DNA of 64,000 nucleotides from Helicobacter cetorum (GTDB lineage: Bacteria > Campylobacterota > Campylobacteria > Campylobacterales > UBA6016), in the NCBI GenBank assembly GCA_022729705.1, contig DZAX01000007.1:1868-65867 (forward strand). Direction: 5' to 3'. Every line of letters starts with the position of its first letter. The first letter of the stretch is position 1. The notes under the pieces are model-generated. The model had not been told where the DNA came from, ran no database searches, and saw nothing but the letters and a program-made list of their open reading frames with translations. Positions 55,698 through 64,000 of the stretch are shown here, one piece after another. The translations under genes were made by a program, and so were the position numbers.

Positions 55698-57133
55698 TTG
55701 ACGTTCTTATTATTGGAGCCGGCGTAGCCGGACTCTATACGGCTATTAATCTTCCAAAAAACCTAAAAGTTTTAGTTTTGTCAAAAAGCGAACCATCCGC
55801 CTCAAACACCTACTTAGCGCAAGGCGGCGTGGCTGTCAGTAAAAGCGAGACGGACGTCGCTTTGCATATAGAAGACACAATAAAAGCCGGCGCCGGACTT
55901 TGCGACAAAGAAGCGGTAGAAATCTTATGCAAAAACAGCATGAAAGAGATTAAAAACCTGATAAATATGGGTATGCGCTTTGACGAAAACGACAGAGGCG
56001 AACTGATGCTTACAAAAGAGGCGGCGCACTCCACTCCTAGGATACTGCACGCCGATGGGGACGCTACAGGCAGGGCTTTGTCTGAATTTTTGTATGAAAA
56101 ATCTCCTTGTGAGATAAGAGACCATACCGTGGTTGTGGATTTGCTTATTGATGAGGGCGTATGCTATGGTGTGACCGTGCTTACAAAAGATGAAAAATTA
56201 GAAAATATCTACGCAAAAAAGGTGATTATAGCAAGCGGCGGAGTCGGCTCCTTGTACAAATACAGCACAAACGACACCTCAATATCAGCAGACCTACACG
56301 GCGTAATAGTCGAAAAAGGCGGAGTTTTGCAAGATATGGAGATGATGCAGTTTCACCCTACCGTCTACCACGACCCGCGTTATGCTAGAAAAGTGCTTTT
56401 GACCGAGGCGTTAAGAGGCGAGGGTGCGTATGTGGTGGATGATGAGGGTAGGCGGTTTTTGTTTGATTATGACGAGAGGGGCGAGCTTGCTCCTAGGGAC
56501 ATACTATCAAGAGCGGTCGCTGACTATATAAAAAAAAGCTCCAAAAAAGCGTATCTCTCGTTTGATGTCTTCGATAAAGAGTTTTTTGTGCATAGATTTC
56601 CAAATATCTACTCAAACATGAAGAGCCTAGGTTTTGACCTACCGCATGACAATGTGCCGATATATCCGGCTTTTCACTACTCTATCGGCGGCATCAAGTG
56701 CTCTCTTGACACAAGAGCTCATGGTATCGGTAATCTTTTTGTGGTAGGCGAAGCTGCGTCAAACAGAGTTCACGGCGCAAACCGACTAGCAAGCAACTCT
56801 TTATTAGAGGGGCTCGTATTTGGCAAAATAGCCGCCGAAAGAATAGCTTCCGAGAGTTTTGAAGACAAACAAAAAGAGTTTGAGCCGACAAAAGAGCTAC
56901 TCTTTAAAAGCGGCGATACGCTCATTAAAGACGAAATAAGAGAGCTAATGTGGAATGATGCGTCTATCGCAAGAAACGTAAAAGACCTAACGACGGCCGA
57001 TGAGCGACTAGAGGAGCTGATATTCTCAAAACCGGGTAGAATGGCTAGACTGAGGCTAAAAGTAGCGCAAAATATTGCTAGGGCGGCACTAAGTAGAAAA
57101 GAGTCTATGGGAGCGCATTGTATAGGCTTTTAA
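55694..57133 (+). CDS. nadB: L-aspartate oxidase
   Basis: GAGVAG, AQGGVA, QFHPT, TEALRGEG, ELAPRD, VHGANRLASNSLLE. Confidence 0.94.
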   Translation: MIDVLIIGAGVAGLYTAINLPKNLKVLVLSKSEPSASNTYLAQGGVAVSKSETDVALHIEDTIKAGAGLCDKEAVEILCKNSMKEIKNLINMGMRFDENDRGELMLTKEAAHSTPRILHADGDATGRALSEFLYEKSPCEIRDHTVVVDLLIDEGVCYGVTVLTKDEKLENIYAKKVIIASGGVGSLYKYSTNDTSISADLHGVIVEKGGVLQDMEMMQFHPTVYHDPRYARKVLLTEALRGEGAYVVDDEGRRFLFDYDERGELAPRDILSRAVADYIKKSSKKAYLSFDVFDKEFFVHRFPNIYSNMKSLGFDLPHDNVPIYPAFHYSIGGIKCSLDTRAHGIGNLFVVGEAASNRVHGANRLASNSLLEGLVFGKIAAERIASESFEDKQKEFEPTKELLFKSGDTLIKDEIRELMWNDASIARNVKDLTTADERLEELIFSKPGRMARLRLKVAQNIARAALSRKESMGAHCIGF

Positions 57134-57173
57134 AGCTGATATTTTAAAAAGTTATTTGGAAATTTGGGGGCAT

Positions 57174-57227
57174 TGGACTTCTTGCAAAACCCTCTATTAT
57201 ACCTGAAGAATGGGGGGGGCTAAACGC
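57174..57227. mobile_element. IS5-like end fused to an IS481-like left end
   Basis: GACTTCTTGCAAAACCCTCTAT followed by ACCTGAAGAATGGGGGGGGCTAAACG (compare 5489-5512). Confidence 0.5.
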
Positions 57228-57240
57228 CTAAGCAACTCTC

Positions 57241-57281
57241 CTTTGCAACCCCCCAAAAGTTACCCGCGCGCACGGGAGTGT
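57241..57281 (-). repeat. Family-A repeat copy A7 (5' half)
   Basis: Reverse complement ACACTCCCGTGCGCGCGGGTAACTTTTGGGGGGTTGCAAAG. Confidence 0.7.
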
Positions 57282-57353
57282 AAAATAAGCTATGACTTGC
57301 CCAAAAATTAGCTTTTTTTCGCTAACATTACGAAAAAACGGGGGTTAAACGAC

Positions 57354-57905
57354 ATGAGAATAAGATCCGCGCATGCTCCCTACATAGCAAATAAAATCAG
57401 TTTGGATCTCTTTAATAGCGGTCTTGCACAGATGAAGCAGGGTATGGAGCCGATAAAAGCCGTTTGCCTTAAAGTAATAGACGACGACCTCGACCTTGAA
57501 GCTTCCGTGGATGAGAAAGTAAGAAAGCTTTTGGAACAAAATGAAGATGAGATAGAGTTTCTTAGCCCAGATAGAAGACAACTTTTTTGGATGGTAAAAC
57601 GAAAAGTAGCCGGAGAGATGGGGCTAATTCTAGAGCAAGAGGAGCGTTTTAACTCTATGGCTCACAAAATACTCGACGAAATCTGGAATGAAGATTTAGC
57701 CGATTACAATGTAACAGAAACGAGAATAAAGACTGTTATAGTAAAGGCTATGCTTGATTTTGTAAAAAGTCAGGACGCAATCGAAGACTCAGTAAAAGAA
57801 AAAGTACGAAACTACAAACGCAACCTAACAGAGGGAAGCGAAGAGTATGAGATAGTTGTGCAAAAACTTTATGAAGATGAACTAACAAAGAGAGGGATGT
57901 TGTGA
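57354..57905 (+). CDS. DUF507-family protein
   Basis: HAPYIANKI, LFWMVKR, GSEEYE..Y..EL.KRGM; conserved upstream of carA. Confidence 0.8.
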   Translation: MRIRSAHAPYIANKISLDLFNSGLAQMKQGMEPIKAVCLKVIDDDLDLEASVDEKVRKLLEQNEDEIEFLSPDRRQLFWMVKRKVAGEMGLILEQEERFNSMAHKILDEIWNEDLADYNVTETRIKTVIVKAMLDFVKSQDAIEDSVKEKVRNYKRNLTEGSEEYEIVVQKLYEDELTKRGML

Positions 57906-59020
57906 GAGTAGCTCTTTATCTGCAAAACGGCGTATATTTGGAAGGCTCCTCTTTTGGGGCTGAGGGAACAAGCGTAGGCGAGATTGTGTTTAACACCTCC
58001 CTTACCGGCTATCAAGAGATTATTTCAGACCCTAGCTATGCGGGACAGTTTATCACCTTTACAATGCCGGAAATCGGCAATGTAGGCGTAAATGAAGATG
58101 ACAACGAAAGCAGAGGCGTATACGCAAAAGCGGTGATAGTAAGAAACTATCAAGCCGACTACTCAAACTTTAGAGGAACTGAAAATCTATCTGAGTATCT
58201 AAAAAAACACGGAATTATCGGTATTTGTAGCATAGACACTAGATTTTTGACTAAGATTATGAGAGAAGAGGGCGCAATGCCGGCTATCGCCTCCACGGAG
58301 TGTTTTGACAAAGAGGAGCTTGCAAAAAAACTTGCAAATAGCCCAAAAATCGGCGACATCAACTACATCAAAGAAGTAAGCTCAAAAGAGGCTTACACGC
58401 ACACCCAAGCGGCGTGGAACGAGATGAGTTTTTGTTACAAAGAGCCGCAAAATGAGCTTAAAAAAATCATCGCTTACGATTTTGGCGCAAAACTAAACAT
58501 TCTAAACGAGCTAACCGAAGCGGGGGCTTGCGTAGAGGTGGTTCCGCACCACACAAAAGCGGACGGCGTTATCGAAAAGTTTAGAAGCGGCGAGATTAAA
58601 GGAGTGTTTTTGTCAAACGGCCCTGGGGATCCTCTTGTGCTCACCGAAGAGGTTGCGGAGATTAAAAAGCTTATTGAGGCGGATATTCCGATATTTGGTA
58701 TCTGTCTTGGTCATCAGCTTCTATCGATAGCGTTTGGGTATGAGACGTACAAGCTAAAATTTGGTCACCACGGCGGCAACCACCCTGTAAAAAACCTAAA
58801 AACAGGCGGCGTAGAGATAACGGCGCAAAATCACAACTACAATGTGCCCGATGAGATACTAGAAGTCGCGGAGCCGACGCATATCAATCTATTTGACAAC
58901 ACGATAGAGGGGCTTAGGTACAAAAACAAAAAAGTGTTTAGCGTGCAGTTTCACCCTGAAAGCTCGCCGGGACCGCATGAAAGTAAATATTTGTTCAGAG
59001 AGTTCGTAGAGAATATTTAA
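57902..59020 (+). CDS. carA: Carbamoyl-phosphate synthase small chain
   Basis: GEIVFNT, DPSY, SNGPGDP, GICLGHQ, QFHPE. Confidence 0.97.
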   Translation: MRVALYLQNGVYLEGSSFGAEGTSVGEIVFNTSLTGYQEIISDPSYAGQFITFTMPEIGNVGVNEDDNESRGVYAKAVIVRNYQADYSNFRGTENLSEYLKKHGIIGICSIDTRFLTKIMREEGAMPAIASTECFDKEELAKKLANSPKIGDINYIKEVSSKEAYTHTQAAWNEMSFCYKEPQNELKKIIAYDFGAKLNILNELTEAGACVEVVPHHTKADGVIEKFRSGEIKGVFLSNGPGDPLVLTEEVAEIKKLIEADIPIFGICLGHQLLSIAFGYETYKLKFGHHGGNHPVKNLKTGGVEITAQNHNYNVPDEILEVAEPTHINLFDNTIEGLRYKNKKVFSVQFHPESSPGPHESKYLFREFVENI

Positions 59021-59766
59021 TGCTCTACACTCTCTTTTCGCCCTCCGAAGCCAAAGACGAGGGCGGTGCCCTCCCCTGCTTAAACTCAAAATCTTTTATT
59101 TTTCCGCTTCTTTATGAAAAACGTCTTGAATTACTACAAAAATTTGAAAATTACAAAAATAGACTAAACGAAAAAGAGCTTTTAGAGTTTTTTGAGCTAA
59201 AGTCGCTTTGTGAGACGAGCGAGCTTAGAGGCAGTGTCTTTGAGCTTCAAACGCAAAAAGCGATTCTTAGATATACGGGGGTAGCATATAAAGCTCTTGA
59301 TTTTTATTCGCTGGACAATCATGCAAAAGAGTATCTATTTAATCAAGTCGTTATCTTCTCAAACCTCTTTGGAGCCGTGCTGGCGCAAGATGAAATACCA
59401 AACTACAAACTAAAGCAAGGCGCAAAAATAGACGGGATAGACGCCGCAAAATACTACAGCAAAGAGTTTTCGACTTCCCTTGACGCTACGTTTGAGGGGT
59501 GCGAGATTTTGGATTTGCGCGCCGGATACTATGAGAAGTTTTATAAACCAAAAGTAAAAACGCTAAAGCCAAAGTTTTTAAAAAATGGCAAGATAGTAAG
59601 CCACAACGCAAAAGAGTATAGAGGGCTTTTTTTGAGAGAGGCGGCTATCGCCAAAGCAGCCAATATCGACGACATAATGAAAATAAATATAAAAAATCTC
59701 AAACTCATAGAAGTAATAGAGGTAAAAAACTACATAGAACCAATCTTCGAAACTAATCATTATTGA
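59020..59766 (+). CDS. yaaA: YaaA/DUF328 family protein
   Basis: FSPSEAK, RYTGVAY, SNLFG, IPNYKLK, VSHNAK.YRG. Confidence 0.8.
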   Translation: MLYTLFSPSEAKDEGGALPCLNSKSFIFPLLYEKRLELLQKFENYKNRLNEKELLEFFELKSLCETSELRGSVFELQTQKAILRYTGVAYKALDFYSLDNHAKEYLFNQVVIFSNLFGAVLAQDEIPNYKLKQGAKIDGIDAAKYYSKEFSTSLDATFEGCEILDLRAGYYEKFYKPKVKTLKPKFLKNGKIVSHNAKEYRGLFLREAAIAKAANIDDIMKINIKNLKLIEVIEVKNYIEPIFETNHY

Positions 59767-59787
59767 CAACAAACGGTTACAAAGCTA

Positions 59788-59796
59788 TGTTATACT
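59788..59796 (+). promoter_or_regulatory. Extended -10 promoter of the hox operon
   Basis: TGTTATACT about 48 nt before hoxE ATG. Confidence 0.5.
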
Positions 59797-59843
59797 TACA
59801 AGGTGTAAAATAAAGAAAACTACTCCCAAAAAAGGTTTTAGAT

Positions 59844-60335
59844 ATGCTGTTGTCAGTGAAGCCTCAAGCACCAAACGACCCGCGCTACAAAGCCCTAGAC
59901 AGAGCAATGAAAAAGCTAGGCTATGCCAAATCCTCGCTAATAGAGTCCCTGCACGCCGCACAAGAAGCTTTCGGCTTTTTGGACGACGAACCTATGAAAT
60001 TTGTGGCGGCATCTTTGCGTCTTCCACTCTCAAAAGTGTACGGCGTAGCGACTTTTTATCACTACTTTACGCTAAAGCCATCCGGCGAACACACATGCGT
60101 AGTCTGCACAGGAACCGCCTGCTATATCAAAGGCACAAACAAAATTGTGGACGGCGTATGCAAAAAGTATAAGATAAAAGCCGGAGACACGACAAAAGAC
60201 GGTAAGCTATCTCTAATGACCGCTAGATGTATCGGCTGTTGCGGTATCGCTCCAGCGGCCGTATTTGACGGCGAAGTATTGGGAACTTTGGACGCCGACA
60301 AAACACTACAAAAAATTGAAGGTATGCTCGCATGA
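59844..60335 (+). CDS. hoxE: Bidirectional hydrogenase diaphorase subunit HoxE
   Basis: [26 protein letters not shown]; first gene of hoxEFUYH. Confidence 0.9.
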   Translation: MLLSVKPQAPNDPRYKALDRAMKKLGYAKSSLIESLHAAQEAFGFLDDEPMKFVAASLRLPLSKVYGVATFYHYFTLKPSGEHTCVVCTGTACYIKGTNKIVDGVCKKYKIKAGDTTKDGKLSLMTARCIGCCGIAPAAVFDGEVLGTLDADKTLQKIEGMLA

Positions 60336-61939
60336 TAACGCATATAGAAGAGCTAGAAGAGATAACGGCAAAAGTAAAAGCCGAAGAAGAGAGACTTGAA
60401 GAGATAATATCGGTTTGTACGGGAACAGCATGTATTGCGGTTGGAAGCGATAAATTGCTAGAAAGTATTAGAAGTGAGCTCGCCAAAAGCGGGCTTAGCA
60501 ACTACAAAGCAAAAGGCGTGGGTTGCAAAGGGCTATGCTCCAGAGGTCCGCTTGTCACTCTTGATAAAAAAGGCGAACTATACGAGGGGCTTGTTTCGGA
60601 TGAAGCGGAAGCTTTTGTAAAAGCCATATCTGAGAAAAAAAGCTACGAGCCGCGTCTTGGCGATATAAACGCAAGCTTTTTTAACAAGCAGAAAAAAATA
60701 GTACTTGAAAACTCCGGCGTAATAGACCCTGAAAATATAGAGGAGTATATCGCAAGAGGCGGTTATAGTGCGCTACTTAAAGCCATTATAGAGATGAGCC
60801 AAAACAGCGTAATCGACGAGGTGAGAAATAGCGGACTTAGAGGACGCGGCGGCGGCGGTTATCCGACGGGACTAAAATGGCAAACGGTCGCAAAATCAGC
60901 GGGAGCTCAAAAGTATGTGGTATGCAACGGCGACGAGGGGGATCCGGGCGCATTTATGGATAGAAGCGTTATGGAAGCCGACCCGCATAGAGTGCTAGAG
61001 GGTATGGCGATAGCGGGATATGCGATAGGCGCCGACACAGGTTATCTGTATGTGAGAGCGGAGTATCCTTTGGCGGTCAAAATGCTTAAAAAAGCGATAA
61101 AAGACGCCCAAAAATGCGGACTTCTAGGCAAAAATATAGCGGGTACAAACTTTAGTTTTCACGTCGAAGTACGTCTTGGTGCGGGGGCTTTTGTGTGCGG
61201 CGAAGAGACTGCATTGCTTGCCTCAATAGAGGGTAAAAGAGGTATGCCTCGTCCTCGTCCTCCGTTTCCGGCGATGAAAGGGCTCTTTGGCAAGCCGACG
61301 CTGATAAACAATGTAGAGAGTTTTGCAAATATCGCACCTATCGTCAGACACGGAGCCTCTTATCTAAACTCTATAGGCACAGAAAAAAGCAAAGGCACGA
61401 AAGTATTTGCGCTAACCGGCAATATCGTAAACGCCGGAATCGTAGAGGTGCCAATGGGTATGAGCCTACGCGAAATCGTATTTGATATAGGCGGCGGCAT
61501 AGCAAGCGGCAAAGCGTTTAAAGCGGTTCAAACGGGTGGGCCATCGGGCGGTTGTATTCCGGCTGAGCATCTTGATTTGCCTGTGGATTATGACTCTTTG
61601 GTCTCTATCGGCTCCATGATGGGCTCTGGGGGCATGATAGTCATGGATGAGAGTTCAAATATGGTGGATGTGGCTAGATTTTTTATGGAGTTTTGTATGT
61701 CTGAGTCTTGCGGCAAATGCGTGCCTTGTCGCGTAGGAACAGTACAAATGCACAACCTGCTGGGCAAAATCATAGACGGCAAAGCGGATGGTTGCGATAT
61801 GGAAAATCTTGAAAAACTATGCCACACGGTAAAGGCCACAAGCCTTTGCGGACTTGGTCAATCGGCACCAAATCCGATACTTAGCACAATGAAGTTTTTT
61901 AGGTCGGAATATATGGAATTTGAAGCGTGCGAGAGGTAG
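60332..61939 (+). CDS. hoxF: Diaphorase flavoprotein HoxF
   Basis: N-terminal 2Fe-2S thioredoxin-like domain, [36 protein letters not shown]. Confidence 0.93.
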   Translation: MITHIEELEEITAKVKAEEERLEEIISVCTGTACIAVGSDKLLESIRSELAKSGLSNYKAKGVGCKGLCSRGPLVTLDKKGELYEGLVSDEAEAFVKAISEKKSYEPRLGDINASFFNKQKKIVLENSGVIDPENIEEYIARGGYSALLKAIIEMSQNSVIDEVRNSGLRGRGGGGYPTGLKWQTVAKSAGAQKYVVCNGDEGDPGAFMDRSVMEADPHRVLEGMAIAGYAIGADTGYLYVRAEYPLAVKMLKKAIKDAQKCGLLGKNIAGTNFSFHVEVRLGAGAFVCGEETALLASIEGKRGMPRPRPPFPAMKGLFGKPTLINNVESFANIAPIVRHGASYLNSIGTEKSKGTKVFALTGNIVNAGIVEVPMGMSLREIVFDIGGGIASGKAFKAVQTGGPSGGCIPAEHLDLPVDYDSLVSIGSMMGSGGMIVMDESSNMVDVARFFMEFCMSESCGKCVPCRVGTVQMHNLLGKIIDGKADGCDMENLEKLCHTVKATSLCGLGQSAPNPILSTMKFFRSEYMEFEACER

Positions 61940-61942
61940 AAA

Positions 61943-62659
61943 ATGGGTGATATTAAAACACTAAAAATAAACGGCATAGACGTAAGCGGCGCTGGAAATG
62001 AAACCATATTGGAGATAGCCAGACAAAACAATATCTTTATCCCGACTCTTTGCTACCTGGAGGGCTTAAGCGCATACGGCGCTTGTAGACTCTGCCTTGT
62101 GGAGGTAAAAGGCTCAAACAAGCTTCTTACGGCTTGTACATCTTTTATTGAAGAGGGCATGGAAGTAACAACTGAAACTGAAAAATTAAAAGATTACCGC
62201 AAAACAATACTTAGCATGATGTTTTCGGAGAGAAATCACACTTGTTCGGTATGCGTTACAAACGGTGATTGCGAGCTTCAAGATATGGCGGTAACTCTTG
62301 AAATGGAACACTCAAGCGTAAACTATCTGTATCCAAAAGTAGAAGTAGATGCTTCACATGAGGAGTTTATGCTTGATCACAATAGATGTATTCTCTGCGC
62401 TAGATGTATCAGAGTGTGCGACGAGATAGAGGGCGCACACGTTTGGGATGTGAAAAATAGAGGCATAAACGCAAGAGTCATCACAGGCTTCAACCAACCA
62501 TGGGGCGAGACAGACACATGTACGACGTGCGGCAAATGCGTAGCCGTATGCCCGACGGGAACGCTCACGCACAAAGGCAGATCCGCCGGAGAAGAGCACA
62601 AAAATAGAGCGTTGCTATTAAATCTACTAAGAGTTCGGGAGGGCGTCAATGAAGCTTAA
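61943..62659 (+). CDS. hoxU: Diaphorase Fe-S subunit HoxU
   Basis: IPTLC...CRLC, HTCSVC, CILCARC, CTTCGKCVAVCP. Confidence 0.92.
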   Translation: MGDIKTLKINGIDVSGAGNETILEIARQNNIFIPTLCYLEGLSAYGACRLCLVEVKGSNKLLTACTSFIEEGMEVTTETEKLKDYRKTILSMMFSERNHTCSVCVTNGDCELQDMAVTLEMEHSSVNYLYPKVEVDASHEEFMLDHNRCILCARCIRVCDEIEGAHVWDVKNRGINARVITGFNQPWGETDTCTTCGKCVAVCPTGTLTHKGRSAGEEHKNRALLLNLLRVREGVNEA

Positions 62660-63182
62660 GTTTGCCACAGTTTGGCTTGATGGATGTTCGGGATGTCATA
62701 TGAGTTTTCTCGATATGGATGAAAAACTGTTTGAACTAAATGATAGAGTAGAAGTGGTCTGCTCGCCGTATGTGGATGCAAAAGAGTTCCCGCAAGGGGT
62801 AGACCTTGTGCTAGTAGAGGGTGCGGTAAGCGGCGAAGAGGATATACACAAACTCAAAAAGATAAGAGAGAGAGCCAAAAAGATAGTAGCTTTCGGAGAC
62901 TGCGCCGTAACGGGCAACGTAACGGCTATGCGTAACATTTGCGGACTTGAAGAGGCGTTTCATACGGCCTATATTGAAAATGCAACTATAACCTCTGATA
63001 GCTTTCCCGCCGCTGTACTTCCGGTACAGCTAGAAAATGTCGTACCGCTAAACGAAGTGGTTCATATAGACTACTTTTTGCCCGGCTGCCCTCCTCCCGC
63101 CGCCGCTATCGAAGAGCTACTTTTTGCGCTTCTTGACGGTAGAGAACCAAATATCGCACACCTAACACGTTTTGGGAAGTAA
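62649..63182 (+). CDS. hoxY: [NiFe]-hydrogenase small subunit HoxY
   Basis: WLDGCSGCHMS, GDCA, PGCPP. Confidence 0.93.
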   Translation: MKLKFATVWLDGCSGCHMSFLDMDEKLFELNDRVEVVCSPYVDAKEFPQGVDLVLVEGAVSGEEDIHKLKKIRERAKKIVAFGDCAVTGNVTAMRNICGLEEAFHTAYIENATITSDSFPAAVLPVQLENVVPLNEVVHIDYFLPGCPPPAAAIEELLFALLDGREPNIAHLTRFGK

Positions 63183-63185
63183 AGA

Positions 63186-64000
63186 ATGAAAAAAATAACG
63201 ATAGATCCGGTAACAAGAATAGAAGGTCACGCCAAAATAACCATAGATATTGACGACGCGGGTAATGCGGTAGACGCAAAAATACATGTAACGCAATTTC
63301 GCGGATTTGAGAAGTTTTGCCAGGGTAGACCCTTTGGCGAAATGCCATCTCTTATGGCTAGAACATGCGGTATCTGTCCTGTAAGCCACTTAGTATCAGG
63401 CGCAAAAGCGGGCGATGGGCTACTTAGCGTCAAAGTACCAAAGACCGGCGCAAACCTAAGGCGCATTATTAATTTGGCGCAAATCATGCAATCCCACAGC
63501 CTAAACTTTTTTCATCTATCAAGCCCCGATATACTACTAGGTTTTGACGCCGACCCTAAAGATAGAAACATCTTTTATTTAATGAGCAAAGAGCCCGCTA
63601 TCGCCAAAATGGGTATAGGCTTAAGAGCGTTTGGTCAAGGAATCATAGAGCTTTTAGGTAAAAAGAGAATACATCCGGCATGGATAGTACCCGGGGGCGT
63701 AAACGCTCCGTTAGACCCGGCTCACAGAGAAGAGATACTCTCCAAGATAGATGAAAAAAAACAAGACGCGTTAAAAGCGATAGAACTATTCAAATCAAAA
63801 CTATCGTCGTTTCCAAACGAAATAGCCGCTTTAGCAAACTTTGACACACTGTTTATGTCGATGATTGGCAAAGACGGCGAACTTGACCACTACGACGGCA
63901 AGATAAAGTTTATTGACGCAAAAGGCGCCACTATAGCCGAAAACCTAGAACCGTCCGACTATCAAAGCTACATTGGCGAAAAAGTAGAGGATTTTAGCTT
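63186..64000 (+). CDS. hoxH: [NiFe]-hydrogenase large subunit HoxH (3' partial)
   Basis: MKKITIDPVTRIEGHAKI, FRGFEKF, RTCGICPVSH (L1 motif); open to the window end. Confidence 0.93.
   Translation, partial: MKKITIDPVTRIEGHAKITIDIDDAGNAVDAKIHVTQFRGFEKFCQGRPFGEMPSLMARTCGICPVSHLVSGAKAGDGLLSVKVPKTGANLRRIINLAQIMQSHSLNFFHLSSPDILLGFDADPKDRNIFYLMSKEPAIAKMGIGLRAFGQGIIELLGKKRIHPAWIVPGGVNAPLDPAHREEILSKIDEKKQDALKAIELFKSKLSSFPNEIAALANFDTLFMSMIGKDGELDHYDGKIKFIDAKGATIAENLEPSDYQSYIGEKVEDFS

Noticed and set aside
57212-57219. G8 tract as a phase-variation switch
   Set aside because: It lies in a degenerate IS end outside any CDS; I saw no long G/C tracts inside the glycan genes.
14561-57281. Family A/B repeats as integron attC sites
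   Set aside because: attC has RYYYAAC at the start and GTTRRRY at the end of one long hairpin; here there are three short hairpins, both orientations occur, copies lie between core genes, and no integrase is present.
14561-57281. Family A/B repeats as a CRISPR array
   Set aside because: Copies are dispersed with no regular repeat-spacer periodicity, and no cas genes are in the window.
59763-59768. TTGACA as the -35 of the hox promoter
   Set aside because: It is 22 nt from TATACT, too far for sigma70; an extended -10 fits better.
160-63487. The many short ORFs antisense to or nested in housekeeping genes
   Set aside because: They overlap well-supported CDSs and show no independent motifs.

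Overview
This is a gene-dense chromosomal window from a member of the Campylobacterota (Epsilonproteobacteria; inferred from gene order, e.g. DUF2018-ispB-hemA-proS-hemC, mraY/gpmI-fabG-acpP-fabF-accA, petABC with a dihaem PetC, DUF507-carA, and from extended -10 promoters). Most of it is housekeeping: six tRNAs, tetrapyrrole, fatty-acid and peptidoglycan genes, a two-component system, an MCP, two divergent surface-glycan clusters and the start of a hoxEFUYH bidirectional hydrogenase operon. Three things are not explained by gene annotation. (1) Two dispersed non-coding repeat families, here called A and B (about 17 full or partial copies in 64 kb), are built from short hairpins. Stem sequences differ between copies but stay complementary, G-T wobbles fall on one strand, and one end of family A abuts CDS starts or stops. 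(2) An AT-rich ABC-ATPase plus PD-(D/E)xK-like gene pair is inserted between mraY and murD and is a candidate anti-phage module. (3) Nested IS481 and IS5-like debris and several deletion-collapsed pseudogenes indicate ongoing erosion. All calls come from reading motifs by eye; no database search was run, so novelty is unverified.
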